Origin: Planctomycetota bacterium
Lineage (GTDB): Bacteria > Planctomycetota > B129-G9 > JAJDCN01
DNA: 40,991 nucleotides
Assembly (NCBI GenBank): GCA_029260815.1
Contig: JAJDCN010000232.1
Location: 1 to 40,991 of the forward strand
Direction: 5' to 3'
Within the stretch, counting starts at the first letter, position 1, and every line of letters starts with the position of its first letter. This document shows positions 15,609 through 24,013 of the stretch, in pieces. The notes below the pieces were generated by a model, which had not been told where the DNA came from, did no database searches, and saw nothing but the letters and a program-made list of their open reading frames with translations. Both the position numbers and the translations under genes were made by a program.

Positions 15609-17585
15609 TTGGCTAAGAAATATACAGGATTCGCACCGATCCTAGGCCTACTATTGGTCTTTGGCGTCTTTGATTTCTCCTATGCCAGCGAAGGAAAGCA
15701 AGCGGGTCTTGGAGATGCCAAAGAGCAAGGCGTAGAGCTTGAGAAGCCTGATTTAAAGCAGGAGCGAAAGCCGGACAAACTACCGGTTGAGGCCATGGCC
15801 AGGGCGATTCAAGAAGTTGAGAAAATTCGCGGGTTAAAATTTAAGAAGGCCGTGCCGATGGCGTGGGTGACGACCGAGGAATGCATTAACCACATGCAGC
15901 GTATCGTCAGAAAGCCAGGCATCAAACCTGTGGCCGAGGGATCTCTGACTCTACTTCGCTACTTCGAGCTTCTACCGGCGAAACTAACCCTGGAAAAATA
16001 TGTGGAGAGGCTAGCCACAGCGGGTGTGGCTGGCTATTATGATCCTGAGGCTAAGAAATTTCAGGTTCTTACGAAAATTAGCGATATGCCCGATGATGTT
16101 CTACAAACAACCTTGGTTCACGAACTGACCCACGCCTTCCAGGACGAGGAGACAGACTTGTTCGCTTTTTATTATGGCGACAATTTCAATAACGATCAGC
16201 TTGGCGCTCGAATGAGCGTTATCGAGGGAGAGGCGACACTAGTCCACATGCAAAGCGAATTCCTCGCAGCTGGCAGCGATTTCGTAAAATCCGATGTCGA
16301 TCTTGGGCAGGTACTGCGCGATACCAGAGAGATAGCAGCGGTGTTTGGCGGTGCAATGGATGAGTCTTTGATGTTTCCCTATACCACGGGATCGTCCTTC
16401 ATGCGAGACTATGTCCGCAAACACGGCTGGAACGAGATCACCCGGCTTTATACCTCGCCGCCTGACTCGACTGAGCAGGTTCTATGTTCCGAAAAATTTC
16501 TGTCGACCAAAGCTCGCGATTACCCGGTTACTCTGGGCCTGGCGGACGCCTCTAAGTTGTTTGGAAAAAGTTATCGCAGGCTTTTATCCACAAGCTTTGG
16601 ACAGTACTACCTATCCCTGATTTTACGTGCGAAGCTTGCTGAGCCGGAGCTGGCCGCTGAGTTGGCTGCCGCTGGCTGGGACGGCGACACGATTGATTTC
16701 TATCGAGAGGATGGCGGCACACAGGCCTCGATCGTTTGGTTAACACGCTGGGATCGCCCGGAGGACGCCGAGCAGTTCTTCAATGTGTATCAGGTCAGTG
16801 CCGGACGTCGACTGGGAATGGAATCGCGCAATGAAAACTGGGAGGTGAAGAATCATTGGGCGAAGTCCGAGAAAACAAAGCTGGGCATGATTCGACGCGG
16901 GAACGGCTCCGAGGGAACGATCCTGATCGAGCGCCGGGGTATAGAGGTCCTTATTATTGAAAAGGCTCCGGCACAAATTCTTGAGGAGATTCGTCGCTTG
17001 GCTTGGAGGGCAAAGCGGATCTACCACGTCGCAGACAAAGACAAGGGCCAGAGGGACGCCGCTACGACGGCTAACTATGAAGCGGCCTTCACGAAAAAAT
17101 GGAAAAGAGACCACAAGGGTGGAAAGCAACTCAAGGGCAATCACTATGTAGATAAGACCAACCGGTTTGAACTTGATTTACCGGAAGAAGGCTGGGAAAT
17201 TCTCGAGGAAAAGTCTTTCGTGATTGTCAAGTCTGACAATGGATTGAAAGGGGCTCGGTTCAGCATTGAGATCTCTCAACCTGGCTTGAAGGTTGATTTT
17301 AAGGAGTTGGTGCATGTTGCCCGAGAACAAATCGATGCAGAGTTTGGGCTGGATGCCTGCACCATCAATGAAGTCGTAGATACCGCAGCAGGCCAAACAT
17401 TCCGGCTGCAATACTCTGACCATGGCAAGACCTTCTATCAGCAATGGTACTTGAGAGACGGAAAGGCTTTTGTTCTGGCGCTGGGAGTGGATAAAAAGCA
17501 TGAAGAGAAGGCAATCAAGGCCTTAAAAGTAGTGTTCGAATCTTTCCGTTTCTTGGAACAGGAGGCTCCGCAACCCGAGCCCTAG
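15609..17585 (+). CDS. Secreted zinc metallopeptidase (HEXXH...EGEA gluzincin, MA-clan-like) with a large uncharacterised C-terminal region
   Basis: GGAGG (15596-15600) lies 8 nt before the TTG at 15609. The signal peptide is FAPILGLLLVFGVFDFSYA. The motifs are LVHELTHAFQDEE followed by SVIEGEATL. Confidence 0.7.
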   Translation: MAKKYTGFAPILGLLLVFGVFDFSYASEGKQAGLGDAKEQGVELEKPDLKQERKPDKLPVEAMARAIQEVEKIRGLKFKKAVPMAWVTTEECINHMQRIVRKPGIKPVAEGSLTLLRYFELLPAKLTLEKYVERLATAGVAGYYDPEAKKFQVLTKISDMPDDVLQTTLVHELTHAFQDEETDLFAFYYGDNFNNDQLGARMSVIEGEATLVHMQSEFLAAGSDFVKSDVDLGQVLRDTREIAAVFGGAMDESLMFPYTTGSSFMRDYVRKHGWNEITRLYTSPPDSTEQVLCSEKFLSTKARDYPVTLGLADASKLFGKSYRRLLSTSFGQYYLSLILRAKLAEPELAAELAAAGWDGDTIDFYREDGGTQASIVWLTRWDRPEDAEQFFNVYQVSAGRRLGMESRNENWEVKNHWAKSEKTKLGMIRRGNGSEGTILIERRGIEVLIIEKAPAQILEEIRRLAWRAKRIYHVADKDKGQRDAATTANYEAAFTKKWKRDHKGGKQLKGNHYVDKTNRFELDLPEEGWEILEEKSFVIVKSDNGLKGARFSIEISQPGLKVDFKELVHVAREQIDAEFGLDACTINEVVDTAAGQTFRLQYSDHGKTFYQQWYLRDGKAFVLALGVDKKHEEKAIKALKVVFESFRFLEQEAPQPEP

Positions 17586-17893
17586 GAGGGCGCCTCCTCG
17601 CACGCCAAGACGAAGATCTTTCCGTCTCCGATTCGACCGGTTCGTACCGCGTTGCAAGCGGTCTGTACGATCTCGTCTACCCGCTCAGCCGGCAGGGTAA
17701 ACTCGACCTTGACCTTGGGGAGAAAGGAGATTGAGTACTCTGTCCCCGCGTACAATTCCAGATGGCCCTTTTGGCGGCCGAACCCGCGTACTTCGCAAAC
17801 GGTCAGATCCTGTACGCCCGCGGCTCCCAGCTTTTCCACCAGCATGTCCAATTTGAACGGCTTGATCACGCAGCGAATCCGTTTGTTTGGCAC
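17582..17893 (-). CDS. PII (GlnB/GlnK-family) signal transduction protein, short form lacking the canonical C-terminal segment
   Basis: IKPFKLD, the T-loop GFGRQKGHLELYAGTEY, FLPKVKVE and RTGRIGDGKIFV all parallel E. coli GlnB. The protein ends 8 residues after GDGKIFV, at 103 aa. Confidence 0.85.
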   Translation of the reverse strand: MPNKRIRCVIKPFKLDMLVEKLGAAGVQDLTVCEVRGFGRQKGHLELYAGTEYSISFLPKVKVEFTLPAERVDEIVQTACNAVRTGRIGDGKIFVLACEEAPS

Positions 17894-17904
17894 GTCGCCT
17901 CCGT

Positions 17905-18357
17905 TTAATCCACTAGAACGATTTTGATTCCCGCTCGCAGCAGGCGCGCGGTGGTGACACCGTCTCCCTCGGCCAACACGTTGCCGGAGCTATAGGTCTT
18001 TCCAAAGCCGCAGGAGGGGCTGCGGGCCTTGAGGTAAGCCATCTTGGCGCCAGTTTGTATCGCTTCTTCGAGGGCTGCCTCGGCGCCTTGGATATACACC
18101 TCCGTTACATCTTGGCCTGCCTCGTTGACCACCCGAGCGGAGCCCTCAAGCACGTCGTGCCCATCCCCACCTTCAATCCAGGATCGAGGTCGCGGGGTGC
18201 CCAGCCCGCCGAGCTGTTCGGGACAAATGCCCACAACGTGCAGGCCGTCTAAAGCCATATCGGTAGCTTTACTGCTGCAATGGCCGCCGTCATAACGACA
18301 GTGTTCGCCTAACAGACAGGCGCTGACCAAAGTTGCGGTTGTACGCGTGGCAGACAT
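17905..18357 (-). CDS. DUF523 / YbbK-TudS-like Cys-rich protein
   Basis: LVSACLLGEHCRYDGG... and ...ARSPSCG are motifs typical of DUF523. The start is set at MSATR (ATG 18357). The remainder of the ORF-track frame (to 18948) runs antisense to the response-regulator gene. Confidence 0.7.
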   Translation of the reverse strand: MSATRTTATLVSACLLGEHCRYDGGHCSSKATDMALDGLHVVGICPEQLGGLGTPRPRSWIEGGDGHDVLEGSARVVNEAGQDVTEVYIQGAEAALEEAIQTGAKMAYLKARSPSCGFGKTYSSGNVLAEGDGVTTARLLRAGIKIVLVD

Positions 18358-18627
18358 CGCCGCATTGTACGACAGGCGCCGGCTAGGGGTCAACCGGAGG
18401 ATCCAGGGACGTCTTGCCGAAACCCTTTTTAGGATAAGTGGTTGTGACCTTAAAATTTTTTTATTTTGTCCTTCAGCCGGCGAGGAAATTTGTCGATGAA
18501 AATGCACAGATTGGAATTTTTGGATATATTGGACAGCTTGGTCCAACCCCGATCTCCAAATCCGGTTATCAATCCCTGTTCTACACTTTCGATTGTATCG
18601 ATATACCCGGTTTTGGGAGCTTGGAAG

Positions 18628-19221
18628 ATGCCAAAGGAAGTCTACACCACCGGCGAGGTGGCAGAGATTTGCAATGTCGACCTGAAGACGGTAATCAAAT
18701 GGTTTGATGCGGGCCGGCTTGAGGGATACAAAGTTCCCGGATCGAACTATCGTCGCATACCCTACGAGAATCTCGTTCACTTTATGAATGAGAACGGTAT
18801 CCCTACGCGGAATCTGGAACAGAGAAAGAAGAAGGTTCTTATCGTTGACGACGAGCTCGACATTGTGGAGTACATCGAAGGAACCCTCTCGGGCGATAAG
18901 CGGATGGAAGTCTACTCCGCGACCAACGGGTGTTACGCATGCTTCCAAATCGGCGTGCTTCGCCCGGACCTCATCTGTCTAGACGTGAAGATGCCGATGA
19001 TGGATGGGGTGGAGGTCTGCAACTGGATCCGCGGCAATGCCACAACGAAAGAAACCAAGATCCTGATGATTACCGGATTTCCGGATGCCATTGAGACCGA
19101 CAAAATGCTCAAATCCGGTGTCGACGGCCTTTTGAAAAAGCCGGTGCATATGAACGATCTTAAGGGAAAGGTTCTCGAGTTGCTGGGACTGGAAGACAAG
19201 CGAAGCAAAACCCTGGTGTAA
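18628..19221 (+). CDS. Response regulator with an N-terminal excisionase/MerR-type HTH and a C-terminal receiver domain
   Basis: The HTH is YTTGEVAEICNVDLKTVIKWFDAGRLEGYKVPGSNYRRIP. The receiver is KVLIVDDE...LICLDVKMPMMDG...KILMITG...LKKP. The start is at MPKEVY. Confidence 0.8.
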   Translation: MPKEVYTTGEVAEICNVDLKTVIKWFDAGRLEGYKVPGSNYRRIPYENLVHFMNENGIPTRNLEQRKKKVLIVDDELDIVEYIEGTLSGDKRMEVYSATNGCYACFQIGVLRPDLICLDVKMPMMDGVEVCNWIRGNATTKETKILMITGFPDAIETDKMLKSGVDGLLKKPVHMNDLKGKVLELLGLEDKRSKTLV

Positions 19222-19289
19222 ATCGGCCAGGAAGCCTGCACGGACAGCCTGCTATTCAGGTGTCCAAATGAAGTAGGAGGGTGAAAAGC

Positions 19290-22052
19290 TTGAAGGCGTT
19301 TGGCGTTCCTGGTTGGCATAACCTTTCAGTCCGGCATAAATTACTGGTCGTGATTGTTGTCGTAATATTGCTCCCCGCGGGTGTGACGATCTTTCTGTGT
19401 GACCGCATGATGCAAGAGGTCTCCACAGAACAAGTACAGGACTCGATGCGTCTGGACGCACTTGTACTTGTCTCCTCTTTCCAAAAGACTATTGAGCGGA
19501 GCGCTTTACGGATTCATGCCTATGGGGCTCTCATTAGCGGCCCGCATTGCCATGCGGAAGACGATTTAACCACGTCGCATCTTCAGAATTACATATCGCA
19601 TCATGCCAAAAACTTCTTGAACAACAACGAAGACGTGGATTCCATTTCTATCCGCACAATATCCGGTTCGGCTTTGTTGGCGGAAAGTCAAGAAGGTGCG
19701 GAAGTTTTTGCCCCACATGAGCAAGCCCTGCGCGGCGCCTGGGATGGAAAGATCGTCTTCGCGGGTCCTTTTGTTTCCGGAGCGCTGAGCGACGCCTACG
19801 TTGAGATCGGAACGCCGGTGATCGGAAGTTCCGGAGAGGTCATCGCAATGGTTGTGGGGAGGATTCGCCTGGATGCCGTTCTTCCTTCCATGCACCTGCC
19901 CAATGGATGCCGGGAGAAGAGCAGACGGATGCTTCTCGACGCCAACGGTGTTTTAATCTGGGACTCCGAGCCAGACACTTACATCATGAAGCCAGCCCAG
20001 ACGTTGAGCCAGGACCAATTGGAGCAGATTCTCGACATCCGCCAGTTCGGTCCGGCCAGCAACAATCTTATGGCAACGACCTTCGCCATTCCTGGCTTTA
20101 CGGGAAACAAAAAGTTCAGCAATTCCGATGGTTTTTTCAGTACGGGAACGTCTGATGAACCGGGGAGGGGGTTTGTCCATTCCTTCGATCTTTACGGATC
20201 GACTTGGACGTTGTTGTATGTCTTGCCGGATTCGGTCTTATATGCCGACTTGAGCCGAGCCTCCTTGATGATCCTGTACGTTAGCGTAGGAGTGGCATTC
20301 GGTTCCTTACTTCTTGGGATCAGTCTGTCACGGACCATCGTCAAGCCGGTGTCCATGATCAGTCGCTCATTGGACCGATTCTCCAAGGGAGAGGACGCAA
20401 CCTTTGAGTACGAGCGCAAGGATGAATTCGGAGTCCTCGCCGGATCCTTTAACCAGATGGTGGTCTCGGTAAAAAGCTTCCAACTTGAGGTCGAGCAACA
20501 AAACCGTGATCTGGCTGAAGCAAACCGGAAGATGCGACTACTCAATGCCGGATTGGAAGAGACCGTCCGGGAGCGAACCCAGGATATCGAAAAAGAGAAA
20601 GAGAAGTTGAACGCCGTGGTCAGTTGCGCCAGTGTTGCCCTATCGACACTGGACAAACAATCGAACGTGACGTGGTCTAACAGCATCGTCGGTGAGGCCT
20701 TTCCTGGAATGGATCGGCTCCGAGCCAGCGCCAAGCTGACCAGCGAGACGGGAACACCCTGCCGTTGGCCCGTCCATCAGGTATTGCAAGATGGTAAGAT
20801 GCACACCGAGACCATCCAGATCGACACGCAGGAAAACAACGGGTGGTGGCAAGTGACCGGAGTCCCCATGCTCGATGCGGAGGGGGAGATCGAGGGTGTG
20901 CTGGAAATGGTTCAGGACGTCACTGAGCAGAAACTTACCGCCCAACGGGTCGTGCATGCGGAGAAAATGTCCTCGGTGGGGTATCTGGCTTCAGGCATCG
21001 CCCACGAATTCAACAACATTATGTGCGCCATTCTGGGGCATGCCAACCTCGCCAAGGCCAATCCAGGTCAGTTGGAACGATTCATCGACGTTGTGGTTCG
21101 ACAGTGCGATCGCGCCTCCAAGATTACGCAGGCCTTGGTCAGCATGTCCCGTCGGAAAGAATCGGTTATGAAGAATTCCGACCTCGTGACCCTAACCGAC
21201 GAAGTGGTTCGACTCATGGAGAACGAAGTCTCTAAAGAGCAGATCGAGTTGGTTCGGTCTTATCCGAAAGAGGCGGTCACCCTGGTCAACGAAAGCCACT
21301 TCCAACAAGTCGTGCTTAGCCTACTGATCAACGCTCGGCAGGCGATCGGAAAGAACGGAAAAGTCGAGATCCGTATAGACACTGACGGCCAGATGATCAT
21401 TCTGAGCATTGCCGATGATGGATGCGGCATTAAGCCGGAGCATCTGAGCAAGGTATTTGAACCGTTCTTTACCACCAAGGGCGCTTTGGGCGGAGGAAAG
21501 AAACAGGAGGGCACGGGCCTAGGCCTCAGCACCGTCTACAATATCATTACCAACATGGGTGGCGAGGTGCACATCGACTCTGCCGTGGGAGAAGGGACAA
21601 CCGTGAGCTGCTCCTTACCCATCCGTGAGGAGCAGCGCAACACCTACATTCCAGTGGAGGCCGAACGCCGTGTGCCGGATGCGACGTCCCGTCCGTACAA
21701 AGTCCTCGTGGTGGACGACGAAGAGGAGCTTCGAGAGCTGCTGCGCATCGTTCTGACTCTGGAGAAGAACGATGTCGTCGAAGCTTGCAATGCGGAGCAG
21801 GCTCTGGATCTGGCCGTAAAGAGCGATTTCGACGTGATCTTTATGGACATCAACATGCCCGGGGCGATCGACACATGGACCGCCTTGGAAGAGATCAAGC
21901 GCACCAGGCCACGCACTAAGGTTATTCTCGTCTCCGGTTCCGCGATCGAAGCGGACGAAGGCGGCTCTCTGGGAGATGCGGACGCCTTCATACGCAAACC
22001 GTTCGATAACGAACAGATTGGCGCGGTGCTTGCGAAAGTCACCTCCGCCTGA
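19290..22052 (+). CDS. Hybrid sensor histidine kinase (TM - Cache-like periplasmic domain - TM - HAMP - coiled coil - PAS - HisKA - HATPase - REC)
   Basis: The H-box is SGIAHEFNNIM, the G-boxes are GTGLGLSTVYNI, and the C-terminal receiver is KVLVVDDEEE...DVIFMDINMPG. AGGAGG (19275-19280) lies 9 nt before the TTG at 19290. The GTG at 19281 is adjacent to the RBS and less likely. Confidence 0.88.
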   Translation: MKAFGVPGWHNLSVRHKLLVVIVVVILLPAGVTIFLCDRMMQEVSTEQVQDSMRLDALVLVSSFQKTIERSALRIHAYGALISGPHCHAEDDLTTSHLQNYISHHAKNFLNNNEDVDSISIRTISGSALLAESQEGAEVFAPHEQALRGAWDGKIVFAGPFVSGALSDAYVEIGTPVIGSSGEVIAMVVGRIRLDAVLPSMHLPNGCREKSRRMLLDANGVLIWDSEPDTYIMKPAQTLSQDQLEQILDIRQFGPASNNLMATTFAIPGFTGNKKFSNSDGFFSTGTSDEPGRGFVHSFDLYGSTWTLLYVLPDSVLYADLSRASLMILYVSVGVAFGSLLLGISLSRTIVKPVSMISRSLDRFSKGEDATFEYERKDEFGVLAGSFNQMVVSVKSFQLEVEQQNRDLAEANRKMRLLNAGLEETVRERTQDIEKEKEKLNAVVSCASVALSTLDKQSNVTWSNSIVGEAFPGMDRLRASAKLTSETGTPCRWPVHQVLQDGKMHTETIQIDTQENNGWWQVTGVPMLDAEGEIEGVLEMVQDVTEQKLTAQRVVHAEKMSSVGYLASGIAHEFNNIMCAILGHANLAKANPGQLERFIDVVVRQCDRASKITQALVSMSRRKESVMKNSDLVTLTDEVVRLMENEVSKEQIELVRSYPKEAVTLVNESHFQQVVLSLLINARQAIGKNGKVEIRIDTDGQMIILSIADDGCGIKPEHLSKVFEPFFTTKGALGGGKKQEGTGLGLSTVYNIITNMGGEVHIDSAVGEGTTVSCSLPIREEQRNTYIPVEAERRVPDATSRPYKVLVVDDEEELRELLRIVLTLEKNDVVEACNAEQALDLAVKSDFDVIFMDINMPGAIDTWTALEEIKRTRPRTKVILVSGSAIEADEGGSLGDADAFIRKPFDNEQIGAVLAKVTSA

Positions 22053-22139
22053 TCCCCCGATCGCCGCAACCCCCTTATTACGAACTTAACCTGCTATGGG
22101 CCTCTCCGCGCGAAGGGCGCCTGATCCGTTGATACGAGA

Positions 22140-22178
22140 AAGGCCCCGACGTCTGAACGTCGAGGCCTTGGATTTGTC
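22140..22178. terminator. Stem-loop terminator between convergent kinase and regulator genes
   Basis: The hairpin is AAGGCC-cc-GACG tctgaa CGTC-ga-GGCCTT (22140-22169), followed by GGATTTGTCT. Confidence 0.55.
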
Positions 22179-22196
22179 TCGAACCTCGTCGTAGGC

Positions 22197-22796
22197 TTAA
22201 AGACCTTCGAAGATCCGCTCGAGGCTCATGCCCAGCGCTTGGGAAATCTTGTAGATGGTCGCCATGCTCGCGGCACTCTCGGCTCGCTCGATCTGAGAAA
22301 TGAGGCTGATGGAAAGATTGGTCCGCTTGGCGAGTTGCTTGATCGTCAGCCGTTGCGCCTTGCGGGTTTCTCGGATGCGACGTCCGACTTCCAGGTTGAC
22401 CTTCCGTTCCTTGCTGACCAGCAGGCCTTTTCTTTCGATCACGTTGCGAATGGCGTCCCGGAATTCGTCCATGTCGAACGGCTTCTTAATATAATCGAAG
22501 GCGCCGGCTTTCATGGTGTCGATTGCGGTATCCATGGAAGGATAGGCTGTAAAGATGAGGACCGCGATATCGGAGTCGATTTTCATGATCTCGTGCAACA
22601 GATCCTGCCCGTTCTGGTCGGGCATGACCAAGTCCAAAATGACGATCTGGTAAGATCGCTTCCGAATTTCCGCGATGGCTTTCGTCGGATCGGTTGTACT
22701 TTTGACCGCATACCCCTCATCGTTTAGGAAATCCTCCATGACCTGGCAGACGTCAGCATCGTCATCGATCACCATGATTCTTGGAAAACGCGCCAT
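22197..22796 (-). CDS. Response regulator: receiver domain plus C-terminal XRE-family (HTH_3) DNA-binding domain
   Basis: The receiver is IMVIDDDAD...IVILDLVMPDQNG...LIFTAY...IKKPF. The HTH is LTIKQLAKRTNLSISLISQIERAESAASMATIYKISQALG. Confidence 0.85.
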   Translation of the reverse strand: MARFPRIMVIDDDADVCQVMEDFLNDEGYAVKSTTDPTKAIAEIRKRSYQIVILDLVMPDQNGQDLLHEIMKIDSDIAVLIFTAYPSMDTAIDTMKAGAFDYIKKPFDMDEFRDAIRNVIERKGLLVSKERKVNLEVGRRIRETRKAQRLTIKQLAKRTNLSISLISQIERAESAASMATIYKISQALGMSLERIFEGL

Positions 22797-22892
22797 AGCT
22801 TAACTTCCTCCTTGTAGTATTAACGGCTTGTTCAAGCAGATTAGATATGACAGGGATAACGATGTGTGTGTGCCCCCCCAATCTTCATCAAT

Positions 22893-22921
22893 ATTGTAAG
22901 AAACGGGGAGGAAAATATCAA
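22893..22921 (-). promoter_or_regulatory. Sigma70 promoter: TTGATA - 17 nt - TACAAT (minus strand)
   Basis: The reverse complement of 22893-22921 reads TTGATAttttcctccccgtttctTACAAT. It lies about 95 nt upstream of the REC-XRE regulator start. Confidence 0.45.
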
Positions 22922-22946
22922 TGCTTTTTTCTGATCAAATTGTTAT

Positions 22947-23627
22947 TCAGCTGTAAGTTCGTTTTCTAAAGTCGTTTACAGTCTTATGGGCAAGCCGGGT
23001 TGGCTCAGGAATCCGGTGGTTTGGGCTACATGTCAAGGAAAAGCTGGTTGCCAACGGTACACTTATTTTGTGACCCGGAGAAACGAATATAGGTTTAACA
23101 CTTCTACGGGTTCGCAAAACCCGGCCTAAGGTAAAGTAGCCGTGATGCAGTGCCGCGTAAGAGCCTTTCTGCTTACCCGGTTGCTTGTAATCACCCACCA
23201 ATATCGTCTTTGCACACCCGATCGCGGGAAGGTCCAGGACCAAGCCCATGTGGCAAGCCAATCCAAACCGACGAGGATGCGCGATTCCGTGACCATCGAA
23301 AAGGACTACGTCTGGAACCGAACGAATCTTGCGGAACGCTTTCACCAACAACGGACCTTCACGAAAGGTCAGTAGGCCCGGAATGTAGGGGAATTCCAAT
23401 GGCCCGCTGGCAGTGGCAATTTCTACCAGCTCCAGTTGGGGAAAGGTCAGTACGACCACTGCTGCGAACCCGATCGGGTCGTCCCGTAGGAAAGAGACGT
23501 CCGCCCCAGCAACCAGACCCACATTGTCGAGCGTACCGCGCAAGACGATTTTTTTCTGCAACCGACGCTGAACTTCGATCGCCTTGGCTGCTGTTAGTTT
23601 CCACGAATGGAGTCGTTGCACTTTCAT
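22947..23627 (-). CDS. nfi: Endonuclease V (deoxyinosine 3' endonuclease)
   Basis: LVAGADVSF, FPYIPGLLTFREGP, VVLFDGHGIAHPRRFGLACHMGL and IGCAK are hallmark Nfi motifs. Confidence 0.88.
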   Translation of the reverse strand: MKVQRLHSWKLTAAKAIEVQRRLQKKIVLRGTLDNVGLVAGADVSFLRDDPIGFAAVVVLTFPQLELVEIATASGPLEFPYIPGLLTFREGPLLVKAFRKIRSVPDVVLFDGHGIAHPRRFGLACHMGLVLDLPAIGCAKTILVGDYKQPGKQKGSYAALHHGYFTLGRVLRTRRSVKPIFVSPGHKISVPLATSFSLTCSPNHRIPEPTRLAHKTVNDFRKRTYS

Positions 23628-24013
23628 AGGGGTGAGTGGAGTTTGTGAATTTCGATAGGTCCATGTTGCCGAGTGGTCCCGTTGTCTACTCGAAACGCGA
23701 CATCGAGTTTTTCACGGCGTTCCGCAAGCAAACGGACCGCAAGCTCTGAGGGGATACTGACAGCCATCGCCCAACTCGAAAGCGGTGGCTTGTCGATTAT
23801 CCGGCGGTAGTTCCAATGGGTTGTCAGCCATTGGCTGTTTTCTGCCATCTCGTGAGCGATCTGGCCATAGAAGGCCTCGTCATAGTTATCCAGAGAGCCG
23901 GTCCAGAGCAGCAGGCCCAAAAAGACCGCTGCGATGAGCAAGAGAGTTGCAAGCTCGAATTGCTGTTCTTTAAAAACCAGTTGAGCAGAGACAAAGAGCG
24001 AGCGTACGCTCAT
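23624..24013 (-). CDS. N-terminal fragment of an ArnT/PMT-type (GT39/GT83, GT-C) glycosyltransferase; possible pseudogene or remnant
   Basis: LDNYDEAFYGQIAHEMAENSQWLTTHWNYRRIIDKPPLSSWAMAVSIPSELAVRL matches the first-loop DE...KPPL..W...sE.a.R motif of the family. The ORF stops at 129 aa, whereas the family is typically over 450 aa with many TM helices. Confidence 0.5.
   Translation of the reverse strand: MSVRSLFVSAQLVFKEQQFELATLLLIAAVFLGLLLWTGSLDNYDEAFYGQIAHEMAENSQWLTTHWNYRRIIDKPPLSSWAMAVSIPSELAVRLLAERREKLDVAFRVDNGTTRQHGPIEIHKLHSPL

Noticed and set aside
17534-17542. The tRNA T-loop-like sequence GTTCGAATC, and a hairpin CGGATTtttcgAATCCG near 40941-40957.
   Set aside because: Both lie inside coding frames. 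No acceptor, D or anticodon arms can be folded around them, so they are not tRNA genes.
18529-18546. A possible sigma-54 (-24/-12) promoter in TTGGACAGCTTGGTCCAA.
   Set aside because: The sequence does not fit TGGCAC-N5-TTGC spacing. No GC dinucleotide lies at the right distance from the GG. It is better described as a 6-bp inverted repeat (see the two-component finding).
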